Shown here piece after piece: positions 42,797 to 55,289 of a stretch of DNA of 64,000 bases (the stretch's first letter is position 1; each line of letters opens with the position of its first letter). Location of the stretch: NCBI RefSeq assembly GCF_009914755.1, contig NC_060930.1; one strand, written 5' to 3'. This DNA is from the human T2T-CHM13v2.0 reference genome, Homo sapiens. The notes under the pieces are model-generated. The model ran no database searches. It was not told the origin of the DNA and saw only the letters and a program-made list of their open reading frames with translations. The position numbers and the translations under genes are program-made.

Positions 42797-45700
42797 GGGG
42801 AGGAGCCAAGATGGCCAAATAGGAACAGCTCCTGTCTACAGCTCCCAGCATGAGCGACGCAGAAGACAGGTGATTTCTGCATTTCCATCTGAGGTACCGG
42901 GTTCATCTCATTAGGGAGTGCCAGACAGTGGGCGCAGGTCAGTGGGTGCACGCACCGTGCATGAGCAGAAGCAGGGTGAGGCATTGCCTCACTAGGGAAG
43001 CACAGAGGGTCAGGAAGATCCCTTTCCTAGTCAAAGAAGGGGGTGACAGACAGCGCCTGGAAAATTGGGTCACTCCCACCAGAATACTGCGCTTTTCCAA
43101 CGGGCTTAAAAAAACGGTGCACCAGGAGATTATATCCCACACCTGGCTCGGAGGGTCCTATGCCCATGGAGTCTTGCTGATTGCTAGCTCAGCAGTCTGA
43201 GATCAAACTGCAAGGCGGCAGCCAGGCTGGGGGAGGGGCACCTGCCATTGCCCAGGCTTGCTTAGGTAAACAAAGCAGCTGGGAAGCTTGAACTGGGTGG
43301 AGCCCACCACAGCTCAAGGAGGCCTGCCTGCCTCTGCAGGCTCCACCTCTGGGGGCAGGGCACAGACAAACAAAAAGACAGCAGTAACCTCTGCAGACTT
43401 AAATGTCCCTGTCTGACAGCTTTGAAGAGAGCAGTGGTCCTCCCAGCATGCAGCTGGAGATCTGAGAACAGGCAGACTGCCTCCTCAAGTGGGTTGCTGA
43501 CCCCTGATCCCCAAGTAGCCTAACTGGGAGGCACCCCGCAGCAGGGGCAGACTGACACCTCACAGGGCCGGGCACTCCAACAGACCTGCAGCTGAGGGTC
43601 CTGTCTGTTAGAAGGAAAACTAACAAACAGAAACGACATCCACACCAAAAACCCATCTGTACATCACCATCATCAAAAACCAAAAGTAGATAAAACCACA
43701 AAGATGGGGAAAAAACAGAGCAGAAAAACTGGAAACTCTAAAAGGTAGAGCGCCTCTCCTCCTACAAAGGAACGCAGTTCCTCACCAGCAAGGGAACAAA
43801 GCTGGACGGAGGATGACTTTGACAAGCTGAGAGAAGAAGGCTTCAGACAATCAAATTACTCCGAGCTACAGGAGGACATTCAAATGAAAGGCAAAGAAGT
43901 TGAAAACTTTGAAAAAAATTTAGAAGAATGTATAACTAGAATAACCAATACAGAGAAGTGCTTAAAGGAGCTGATGGAGCTGAAAACCAAGGCTCGAGAA
44001 CTACGTGAAGAATGCAGAAGCCTCAGGAGCCGATGAGATCAAATGGAAGAAAGGGTATCAGCGATGGAAGATGAAATGAATGAAATGAATCGAGAAGGGA
44101 AGTTTAGAGAAAAAAGAATAAAAAGATACGAGCAAAGCCTCCAAGAAATATAGGACTATGTGAAAAGACCAAATCTACGTCTGATTGGTGTACCTGAAAG
44201 TGACGGAACGAATGGAACCAAGTTGGAAAACACTCTGCAGGATATTATGCAGGAGAACTTCCCCAATCTAGCAAGGCAGGCCAACATTCAGATTCAGGAA
44301 ATACAGAGAACGCCACAAAGATACTCCTCGAGAAGAGCAACTCCAAGACACATAATTGTCAGATTCACCAAAGTTGAAATGAAGGAAAAAATGTTAAGGG
44401 AAGCCAGAGAGAAAGTTCGGGTTACCTTCAAAGGGAAGCCCATCAGACTAACAGTGGATCTCTCAGCAGAAACTCTACAAGCCAGAAGAGAGTTGGGGTC
44501 AATATTCAGCATGCTTCAAGAAAAGAATTTTCAACCCAGAACTTCATATCCAGCCAAACTAAGCTTCATAAGTGAAGGAGAAATAAAATACTTTATAGAC
44601 AAGCAAATGCTGAGAGATTTTGTCACCACCAGGCCTGCCCTAAAAGAGCTCCTGAAGGAAGCACAAAACATGGAAAGGAACAATCGGTACCAGCCACTGC
44701 AAAAACATGCCAAATTGTAAAGTCCAGCAAGACTAGGAAGAAACTGCATCAACTAACGAGCAAAATAACCAGCTAACATCATAATGGCAGGATCAAATTC
44801 ACACATAACAATATTAACCTTAAATGTAAATGGGCTAAATGCTCCAATTAAAAGGCACAGACTGGCAAATTGGATAAAGAGTCAAGACCCGTCAGTGTGC
44901 TGTATTCAGGAAACCCATCTCACATGCAGAGACACACATAGGCTCAAAATAAAAGGATGGAGGAAGATCTACCAAACAAATGGAAAACAAAAAAAGGCAG
45001 GGGTTGCCATCCTACTCTCTGATAAAACAGACTTTAAACCAACAAAGATCCAAAGAGACAAAGAAGGCCATTACATAATGGTAAAGGGATCAATTCAACA
45101 AGAACTAACTATCCTAAATATATATGCACCCAATACACGAGCACCCAGATTCATAAAGCAAGTCCTGAGTGACCCACAAAGTGACTTAGACTCTCACACA
45201 ATAATAATGGGAGACTTTAACACCCCACTGTCAACATTAGACAGATCATGAGACAGAAAGTTAACAAGAATATCCAGGAATTGAACTCAGCTCTGCACCA
45301 AGCAGACCTAATAGACATCCACAGAACTCTCCACCCCAAATCAACAGAATATACATTCTTTTCAGCACCACACCACACCTATTCCAAAATTGACCACATG
45401 GTTGGAAGTAAAGCACTCCTCAGCAAATGTAAAAGAACAGAAATTATAACAAACTGTGTCTCAGACCACAGTGCAATCAAACTAGAACTCAGGATTAAGA
45501 AACTCACTCAAAACCACTCAACTACATGGAAACTGAACAACCTGCTCCTGAATGACTACTGGGTACATAACGAAATGAAGGCAGAAATAAAGATGTTCTT
45601 TGAAACCAACGAGAACAAAGACACAACATACCAGAATCTCTGGGACACATTCAAAGCAGTGTGTAGAGGGAAATTTATAGCACTAAATGCCCACAAGAGA

Positions 45701-46206
45701 AAGCAGAAAAGATCCAGAATTGACACCCTAACATCACAATTAAAAGAACTAGAAAAGCAAGAGCAAACACATTCAAAAGCTAGCAGAAGGCAAGAAATAA
45801 CTAAGATCAGAGCAGAACTGAAGGAAATAGAGACACAAAAAACTCTTCAAAAAATCAATGAATCCAGGAGCTGGTATTTTGAAAAGATCAACAAAATTGA
45901 TAGACCGCTAGCAAGACTACTAAAGAAGAAAAGAGAGAAGAATCAAATAGATGCAATAAAAAATGACAAAGGGGATATCACCACTGATCTCACAGAAATA
46001 AAAACTACCATCAGAGAATACTGTAAACACCTCTACACAAATAAACTAGAAAATCTAGAACAACTGGATAAATTCCTCGACACATACACTCTCCAAAGAC
46101 TAAACCAGGAAGAAGTTGAATCTCTGAATAGACCGATAACAGGCTCTGAAATTGAGGCAACAATTAATAGCTTACCAATCAAAAAAAGTCCAAGAACAGA
46201 TAGATT
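42797..46206 (+). mobile_element. L1PA3-type LINE-1, 5' 3.4 kb; 3' half missing
   Basis: GGGGAGGAGCCAAGATGGCC start; short-form 5'UTR; ORF1 43704-44720 with stops; ORF2 from 44784, frameshifted near 45248. Confidence 0.92.
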
Positions 46207-46251
46207 GTATTTCTACATACTAGCAACAAATAATTAGAAAATGATATTTTA

Positions 46252-46917
46252 TTATATACATATATATATATATTTTTTTTACTTTAAGTTCTGGGATACA
46301 CATGCTGAGCATGCACGTTTGTTACATAGGTATACATGTTCCATGGTGATTTGCTGCACCTATTAACCCATCATCTAGGTTTCAAGCCCTGCGTGCATTA
46401 GGTGTTTGTCCTAATGCTCTCCCTCCCCTTTCCCCCCAGCCCCCTGACAGGCCCTGGTGTGTGATATTCCCCTCCCTGTGTCCATGTGTTCTCATTGTTC
46501 AACTCCCATTGATGAGTGAGAGCATGTGGTCTTTGGTTTTCTGTTCCTGTGTTAATTTGCAGAGGATGATGGTTTCCAGCTTCATCCATGTCCCTGCAAA
46601 GGACACGAACTCATTCTTTTTTATGGCTGCATAGTACTCCATTATGTATATATGACACATTTTCTTTATCCAGTCTAACATTGATAGGTATTTGGGTTGG
46701 TTCCAAGTCTTTGCTATTGTAAACAATGCTGCAATAAACATACATGTGCATGTGTCTTTATAGTAGAATGGTTTATAATCCTTTGGGTATATACCCAGTA
46801 ATGGGGTTTCTGGGTCAAATGGTATTTTTGCTCCTGAGTCCTTGAGGAATTGCCACACTGTCTTCCACAATGGTTGAACCAATTTACACTCCCACCAACA
46901 TTGTAAAAGCGTTCCTA
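46252..46917 (-). mobile_element. 5'-truncated L1PA8-like element
   Basis: Perfect 16-bp TSD AGAAAATGATATTTTA (46236-46251 / 46918-46933); ORF 46499-46882 is the ORF2 tail. Confidence 0.9.
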
Positions 46918-47759
46918 AGAAAATGATATTTTAAAATGCTATTTACAGTAGCCTAAAAACAATAATAAATGTAATGAAAACACTGAAAACTAAAAACCAT
47001 TTCTCAAGAACATTTAAAGAAGATCTAAATAAATGAAGACAATTTAAATATATATGCTCTGGTCATGTATTTGAAGATTCAACATTATTAAACTATCAAT
47101 AATTCCCCCAAATTAATCTGTATATCCAATTCAATCCTAACCAAAATCCCAAAAAAATCCATTTTAACTGTTGAACTCAGTTTACAATTTATATACAAAT
47201 TCAAAGAATTTAGAATAGACAAAACAATTTTGAAAAACAACAAAGTTGTAGGATTTACACTCCCTGATTTCAAGATTTACTATAAAGCTATAGCGGTTTT
47301 TACAATGTGATCTTTGGCCAAGAATAGAGAAGTAAATCAATGGAACAAGATGAGGTCCAGCCATAAGCCCACCTATACATGGTCAATTGGTTTTCAACAA
47401 AAATACTAAGGCAATTTAAGAAAGAAAGATAATGTTAATAAATGGTCTGGAACAACTGAATCTCCATAAGAAAAAAAGAAGAATCTTGACCACTACCTCT
47501 TACCATGCTAAAAAAAAAAGGGGGGAGGCGGGTGAATATCTTCATGAGTGTGGAGTAAAGATTTGTTTACACTAGGCCAAAATATGTGTGTGTGTGTATA
47601 TATATATATATAAACTTTAATAAATTTTACTTCATCAAAATTAAAAACTATAACTATTCAAAAACACCATTATGAAAATGAAAAGGTGATCCACAGATTG
47701 GGAGGTAAATCTTTCCAAAACATGTATCTGACTAGTATTAAAGATATACAAAGAGTTCT

Positions 47760-47812
47760 GTATCAATCAGGGCTTGATTAATGAAACAGAACCACTAAGA
47801 GTCCCATACATA

Positions 47813-47868
<56 letters not shown>

Positions 47869-48890
47869 AACATATTTCATTATATGGATTTGATCTCATA
47901 CATTTATGGGAGACTGTCTCTGTGAAACTGTTGTCTGTACATCTGATACTAGAGTCTGAGATCTGCTAATAAAGCAGTCAGGAAGAGAAATTAAATGCAA
48001 TATGAGAGAAGCAAGAAGAAACTCACCTATAAGGATGGGCTGAAATCTCCAAGGACAGACTGTACCAATCTCTCACCAACTTCAATCAAGCTTCCAACTT
48101 CAATGATTAGGGAGATGTATTAGTTTGCTAGAGTTGCCAGAGCAACACGATAAAAACTGGATAGCTTAAAATAGAAATTTATTGTCTTGGTTCTAGAGGC
48201 TAGAAATCTCAGATGAAGACATTAGCAGGGTTGGTTCCTCCTGAGAGCTGTGAGGGAGAACCTCTTCCATTCTTCTTGTTTAGCTTCTGGTGGTTTGCTG
48301 GCAATCTTTGGCATTCCTTGGTATCTGCTACATCACCCTAATCTCTTCCTTCATCTTCACATGGCATTCTCTGTGAATGTGTGTGTCTCTGTGTTCACAT
48401 TGTCCCTTCTCAAAAGGACACCACTGTATTTGGATTAGGGCCCACTCTAATGACTCATTTTAACTTGATTACCTTTGTCTCTACAAAGACTCTATCTCTA
48501 AATAAGGTTACATTCCGGGGTACTGAAGGCTAGTATCCCAACATATATTTTTGGGGAGACACAAATTCAACTGACTACAGGAGATAAGTATGTACCTGGC
48601 CCAGGATTCAGCACAATGTAAAGAGGAAGTCTGGCTGGAGGAGCTATGAACTCAGATGCCACCTCATGCTCACAGGGTGACCAGCAAATTAGCAACAGTG
48701 TGTGTGAGCTGCAACAGTGCCACCTGCCTTGCTCCAGCTTTCCATGAATAAAAAGAAGATAGTTGCTGCTTTATGTCTGCATTCTAAATCCTGCACAAAT
48801 TTTCAGGCTCAAAACAACCAGAGAGGGACATCCCAGAAAAAAGTAGTTCCAGTTTAGTTAAGGTGACACAATAGCAACTTCACCACAAAC
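47760..48890 (-). mobile_element. MLT2-type LTR containing a (TA)n tract (47823-47860), interrupted by MLT1C
   Basis: TGTATCAATCAGGG...GAAACAGAACCACTAAGA followed by TG/TA repeat typical of MLT2; right boundary uncertain. Confidence 0.55.
48116..48579 (-). mobile_element. MLT1C-type solo LTR
   Basis: 464 bp, TG...CA; perfect TSD GGAGA (48111-48115 / 48580-48584). Confidence 0.82.
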
Positions 48891-49251
48891 TCATACAACA
48901 CAATGCAGACAAAATGCAATTTTCAAATGAATAAAAGGTTTAGATATACCTTTCACAATATGAGATACATAAATGGACAAGAAACACATTTAAAGGTGTT
49001 TATTCCCATTAGTCTTCAGGAAAGTGCAAATTAAAATCATAATGACATACTACTGAATATCCCCCAAATGGCTAACGTTAAAACAAAAACCGGGGCATAT
49101 CAAATGTTGATTGCAATGAGTTTTTAAGTTATCTTGAAGCACATGAAAATACTTTACCCAGCCAATAGTATATTCTATCATTATGGTAATTCATAATGAT
49201 GATGTACCTTTATATTTGATTCCTTTACCAACTAAAGTGGGCATAGCCACT

Positions 49252-49755
49252 TTCAAGGCATAACAATGGCTCCCCAAAATGTTCACATTCTAATCTCAGA
49301 ACCTATGAATATGTTAGGTTACATGGTAAAGGGAAACTAAGGTTGCAGAGGAAATTGAAGTTGTTAATCAGCTGACCTTAAAATAGAGAGATTATCTTGG
49401 ATTATCCAATGGGTCCAGTGTAATCACAAGGATCATTCAAAAAAGGGGGAAGCAGAAGAGGGAGTGTCAGAGAAAAACATATAACAACAAAAGTATCATC
49501 AAAGCTACATTGCTAGCTTTGAAGATGGAGGAATGAGACCCCAAATCAGTGAATGTGAGCAGGCTCTAGAAGCTGGAAAAGACAAGGAAACAGATTTTCT
49601 CCTAGTACAACCAGAAAGTAACACAGCCTGGTGGGCACCTTGATTTTAGCCCCAAGCAACTTGTGTTGGATTTCTGACCTACAAAACCATAAGATAATAA
49701 ATTCGTGTTTTAAAGTGTGTAGTAATTTGTTACATCAGCCATTGGAAGTTAACAC
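49252..49755 (+). mobile_element. MLT1D-type LTR
   Basis: GAACCTATGAATATGTTAGGTTACATGG...GTAATTTGTTACATCAGC. Confidence 0.8.
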
Positions 49756-50044
49756 AAGTAGATACTATTAAGATTGTTTTACAGATAAAATAAAGCAGGG
49801 AAGTCCAGCATCTGGGCTATCACCAGTTGCTCACAGGGCCCAGACAGTCTACACCTTATGTTTCTGGGCTCTCACTCCATGATTCCTTCCACAGTGCCAC
49901 CCAGCTTTCTCTGGGTGTGAGCAGGATCATGTCAGCAAATGACTCAAAGAAATTATGAGCAGTGAGACTCAGACATGGAACAGGTCTTAGCTTTCTGATA
50001 AGAAAGTCACGTACATCTCCACTCTCAAAACTTCATGGATTTGA

Positions 50045-52450
50045 GCAGGGCACAGTGGCTCACACCTGTAATCCCAGCACTTTGGAAGGCCAAGTTAGGA
50101 GGATCACTTGAGGCCAGGAGTTGGAGACCAGCCTGGGAAACATAATTAGACCTAATCTCTGAGAAAAAAAAAATTAATTAGCTGGGGAAAGCTGGAATCA
50201 TTCCCCTTGAAAACAAGCACAAGACAAGGATGACTCCTCTCACCACTCCTATTCAATATAGAATTGGAAGTCCTAGCCAGCACAACCAGGCAAGAGAGAG
50301 AGAGAAAAAGGGCATCTGAATAGGAAGAGAGAAAGTCAAACTATTCCTATTTGCAGATAACATAATCCTATTAACTAGAAAATCCCATAGTTTCAGCCCA
50401 AAAGCTTCTTGCTGATAAACAATTTCAGCAAAGTCTCAGGATATCAAAATCAGTGTACAAAAATCACTAGCATTTCTACACACAAACAACAGTCAAGCCA
50501 AGAGCCAAATCAGGAATGAACTCCCATTCACAATTGCCACAAAAAGAAGAAAATACCTAGGAATACAACTAGCTATGGAGGTGAAAGATCTCTATGAGGA
50601 GAACTATAAACCACTACTCAAAAAAATCAAACATGGCATAAACAATTGGAAAAATATTCCATGCTCATGGATAGGAAGAATCAATATTGTTAAAATAGCC
50701 ATACCGCCCCAAGCAATTTATAAATTGAATGCTATTCCTATTAAACTACCAACGACATTCTTCACAGAACCAGAGAAAACGATCTTAAAATTCATATGAA
50801 ACCAAAAAAGAGCCCAAATAGCCAAGGCATTCCTCAACAAAAAGGACAAAGCTGGAGGCATCACACTATCTGACTTCAAACTACTGTACCGGGCTACAGT
50901 CACAAAAGCAGCACGATACTGGTACAAAAACAGACACATAGACAAATGGAACAGAATAGAGAACCCAGAAATAAGACCATGCACCAACTATTATCTGATC
51001 TTTGACAAATCTTACAAAAACAAGCAATGGGGAAAGGATTCCCTACTCAATAAATGGTGTTGGGAAAACTGGCTAGCCATAGGCAGAGGTTGAAACTGGT
51101 CCCCTTCCTAACACCTATATGAAAATTAACTCAAGATGAATTAAAGACTTAAATGTAAAACCCAAAAGTATAAAAACTCTGGAAGATAACCTAGGCAATA
51201 ACATTCAGGATATAGGCACAGAGAAAGATTTCATGTCAAAGATGCCAAAACAATTGCAACAAAAACAAAAATTGACACATGGGATTTAATGAAACTAAAG
51301 AGCTTCTGAACATCAAAAGAAACTATCCACAGAGTAAACAGACAGCCTACAAAATGGGAGAAAATTTTTGCAAACCATGCATCCAAGAAAAGTCTAATAT
51401 ACAGCATCTATGAGGAACTTAAACAAATGTATAAGAAAGAAACAACACCATAAAAAGTAAGCAAAGGACATAAACAGACACTTTTCATAAAAAGACATAC
51501 TTGTGGCCAACAACCATATGAAAAAAAGCTCAATATTACTGATCATTAAAGAAATGCAAATCAAAACCACAATGAGATACTATCTCACATCAGCCATAGT
51601 GACTATTAATTAAAAGTCAAAAAGTAACAGAAGCTGGCAAGGTTTGGGAGAAAAAGGAACACTTATATACTGTTAGTGGGAGTGTAAATTAGTTCAGCCA
51701 TTGTGGAAGACAGTGTGGCAATTCCACAAAGACCTAAAGACAGAAATACGATTTGACCCAGCAATCCCATTAATGGGTATATACCCAAAGGAATATAAAT
51801 ATTATATTTATTTATATATATTATAAAGACACATGCACATATATGCTCATTGCAACACTATTCACAATAGCAAAGATGTGCAATCAACCTAAATGTCCAT
51901 CAGTGAGAGACTGGATAAAGAAAATATGGTATATATACACCATGGAATACCATGCTGCCATAAAAAATAACAAGATCATGCTCTTTGCAGGAACATGGAT
52001 GGAGCTGGAGGCCATTATCCTTAGCAAACTAACACAAGAATGGAAAAACAAATATCACATTGTCTCACTTATAAGTGGGAGCTAAATAAGGAGAACACAT
52101 GGGCACATGGAGGAGATACTGGGGCCTACTTGAGTGTGGACAGTGGGAGGAGGGAGAGGATTTGGAAAAATAACTAAAGGGTAGTAGGCTTAATACCTGG
52201 ATGACGAAAAAATCTGTACAACAATCCCCCATGACACAAGTTTACCTAAGTAACAGACTTTCACTTGTACCCTTGAACTTAAAAGTTAAAAAAATATCAG
52301 CCAGGTGTGGTGACGCACACCTGTAGTCTTAGTTACTCAAGAGGCTGAGGTGGCAGGATCCAGCAGTTCAAGGTTATAGTGGGCCACGATCACACCACTC
52401 CATTCCAGGCTTGATGACAGAACAAGATCCAGTCTCTAAGAAAAAAATTA
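50045..52450 (+). mobile_element. AluJ split by an L1 (left arm 50045-50185, right arm 52295-52450)
   Basis: Left and right monomers flank the L1; junction is at the A-rich linker. Confidence 0.8.
50186..52293 (+). mobile_element. 5'-truncated L1PA13-like element (~2.1 kb)
   Basis: ORF2 fragments 50575-50799 and 51843-52085; 3'UTR AATCTGTACAACAATCCCCCATGACACAAG. Confidence 0.85.
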
Positions 52451-52483
52451 AAATCTCTGTGAACTTGAACTGAAAATATATAA

Positions 52484-52957
<474 letters not shown>

Positions 52958-53994
52958 TAAACAATTTTATAGGAGGACTATGTGAATTTATGTTATTGAG
53001 CCTCTTGTGGCTTGGTACCAGGAGTCTCCTTTTGTAAGAAATCAAATAAATGACCCTGACCTTCTTCAAGAATTGAAAAGTGGTTCAGAGAAGTACTTTG
53101 TTTTATCCGGGTAGCAGGTTAAGTATCAAAGTATCATCCCTTAGAGAAACTGATTTAACACATTAAATTATGAAGCAATCTAGAGTGTCCCCAGGGCTGC
53201 TGCTTATTATTGACAACATAAGTAGGTGGTCTAGAAGTAAATGAATATATGGGAAGAGCACAGCAGCTACACGTTTCCCAACTCCATGGGGGCATCATTC
53301 ACATAAAAGACATGTGAGCAGTGACCTCTAGAATTGTACATTACCCTCAGTCCCTGAGGGTTTGAGATTTTTTGAGACTGTATACTCTTCAGCCTGTCAC
53401 ACTCATAAACTGCCTCCTTGTTCATGGATGGAAAAGGTTGTCCCTTAAACACTGTGATTTGAGGAAGAAAGAAGGATCCATCTTCTTGATAATCCCCCTC
53501 CCCACAAGTTAAAAGGCTGAAACTTCACCTCAAATTTGTTCCCTCAGACTGTAGTTTTTCTAACTTCAAGTATCTTTTTATGACTTTTATTGTTTACACT
53601 TAAATATTATCCACTTATTGTAGAATAGTGCTGCAATGAACATATATGTGCATGTTCTTTATCACAGAACAGTTTATATTCCTTTGGGTATGTACCCAGT
53701 AATGAATTGCTGAGTCAAATAATTGTTCTGTTTTTAACTCTTTGAGGAATTGCTGCACTGCTTTCCACCTGGTTGAATTAATTTGCAATCTCACCAACAA
53801 TGTATCAGCATTCCCTTTCTCTTCAACCTAGCCAGCATCTGTTATTTTTTTGACTTTTTACTAATAGCCAGTCTTAACTGGTGTAAGATGGTATCTTATT
53901 GTGGTTTTGATTTGCATTTCTCTAATAATCAGTGATGTTGAGCTTTTTCTCATGTTTGTTGGCTGCATGTATGTCTTCTTTTGAGAAGTGTCTG

Positions 53995-54802
53995 AACAGA
54001 CACTTTATGCAGCCAAAAAACACATGAAAACATGCTCACCATCACTAGCCATCAGAGAAATGCAAATCAAAACCACAGTGAGATGCCATCTCGCATCAGT
54101 TAGAATGGCAATCATTAAAAAGTCAGGAAACAACAGGTGTTGGAAAGGGTGTGGAGAAATAGGAACACATTTACACCGTTGGTGGGACTGTAAACTAGTT
54201 CAACCATTGTGGAAGTCAGTGGGGTGATTTCTCAGGGATCTAGAACTAGAAATACCATTTGACCCAGCCATACCATTACTGGGTATATATCCAAAGGGCT
54301 ATAAATCATACTGCTATAAAGACACATGCACATGTATGTTTATTGCAGCACTATTCACAATAGCAAAGACTTGGAACCAACCCAAATGTCCAACAATGAT
54401 AGACTGGATTAAGAAAATGTGGCACATATACACCATGGAATACTATGCAGCCATAAAAAATGATGAGTTCATGTCCTTTGTAGGGACATGGATGAAATTG
54501 GAAATCATCATTCTCAGTAAACTATCGCAAGGACAAAAAACCAAACACCCCATGTTCTCACTCATAGGTGGGAATTGAACAATGAGAACACATGGACACA
54601 GGAAGGGGAACATCACACTCTGGGGACTGTTGTGGGATGGGGGAGGGGGGAGGGATAGCATTAGGAGATATACCTAATGCTAAATGATGAGTTAATGGGT
54701 GCAGCACACCAGCATGGCACATGTATACATATGTAACCAACCTGCACACTGTGCACATGTACCCTAAAACTTAAAGTATAATAATAATAAAATAAAATAA
54801 AA
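53995..54802 (+). mobile_element. 5'-truncated L1PA3-type element
   Basis: TSD AAGTGTCTG (53986-53994 / 54803-54811); ORF2 tail and 3'UTR. Confidence 0.92.
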
Positions 54803-54945
54803 AAGTGTCTGTTCATGTCCTTGGCCCACTTTTTAATGAGGTTGTTTGTTTTTTCTTTTGAATTTGTTTAAGTTGCTTGTAAATGCTGGATATTACAACT
54901 TTGTCAGATGCATAGTTTGCAAATATTTTCTCCCATTCTGCAGGG

Positions 54946-55289
54946 CAAGGGTCCCCAAACCCCAGGACACAGAATTGTACTAGTTCATAGCCTATTAGGG
55001 ACCGGGCTGCACAGCAGGAGGTGAGTGGCAGGCAAGTGCACATTATTGCCTGAGTTCCACCTACTGTCAGATCAGCAGTGGCATTAGATTCTCATAGGAG
55101 CGTGAACCCTATTGTGAACTGTGCATGTGAGGGATCTGGGTTGTGCACTCTTTATGAGACTCTAACTGACACCTGATGATCTGAGGTGGAACACTTTCAT
55201 TCCAAAACCGTCCCCCAAACACCCCACCATCTGTGGAAAAATTGTCTCCCATGAAGCCAGTCCCTGGTGCCAAAAATGTTGGGTGTCTG
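54946..55289 (+). mobile_element. MER1B
   Basis: CAAGGGTCCCCAAAC...GGTGCCAAAAATGTTGGG; similar to 29510-29849. Confidence 0.85.

Larger units (their letters stand above)
46207..49110 (+). mobile_element. Old L1M ORF2 3' region hosting L1PA8 and MLT insertions
   Basis: Degenerate ORF2 sequence (CCCTGATTTCAAGATTTACTATAAAGCTATAG; CAAATTAAAATCATAATGACATAC). Confidence 0.65.

Noticed and set aside
44784-46237. 329-aa and 155-aa ORFs as a domesticated endonuclease
   Set aside because: Ordinary L1PA3 ORF2, frameshifted within the endonuclease region and cut by a breakpoint.
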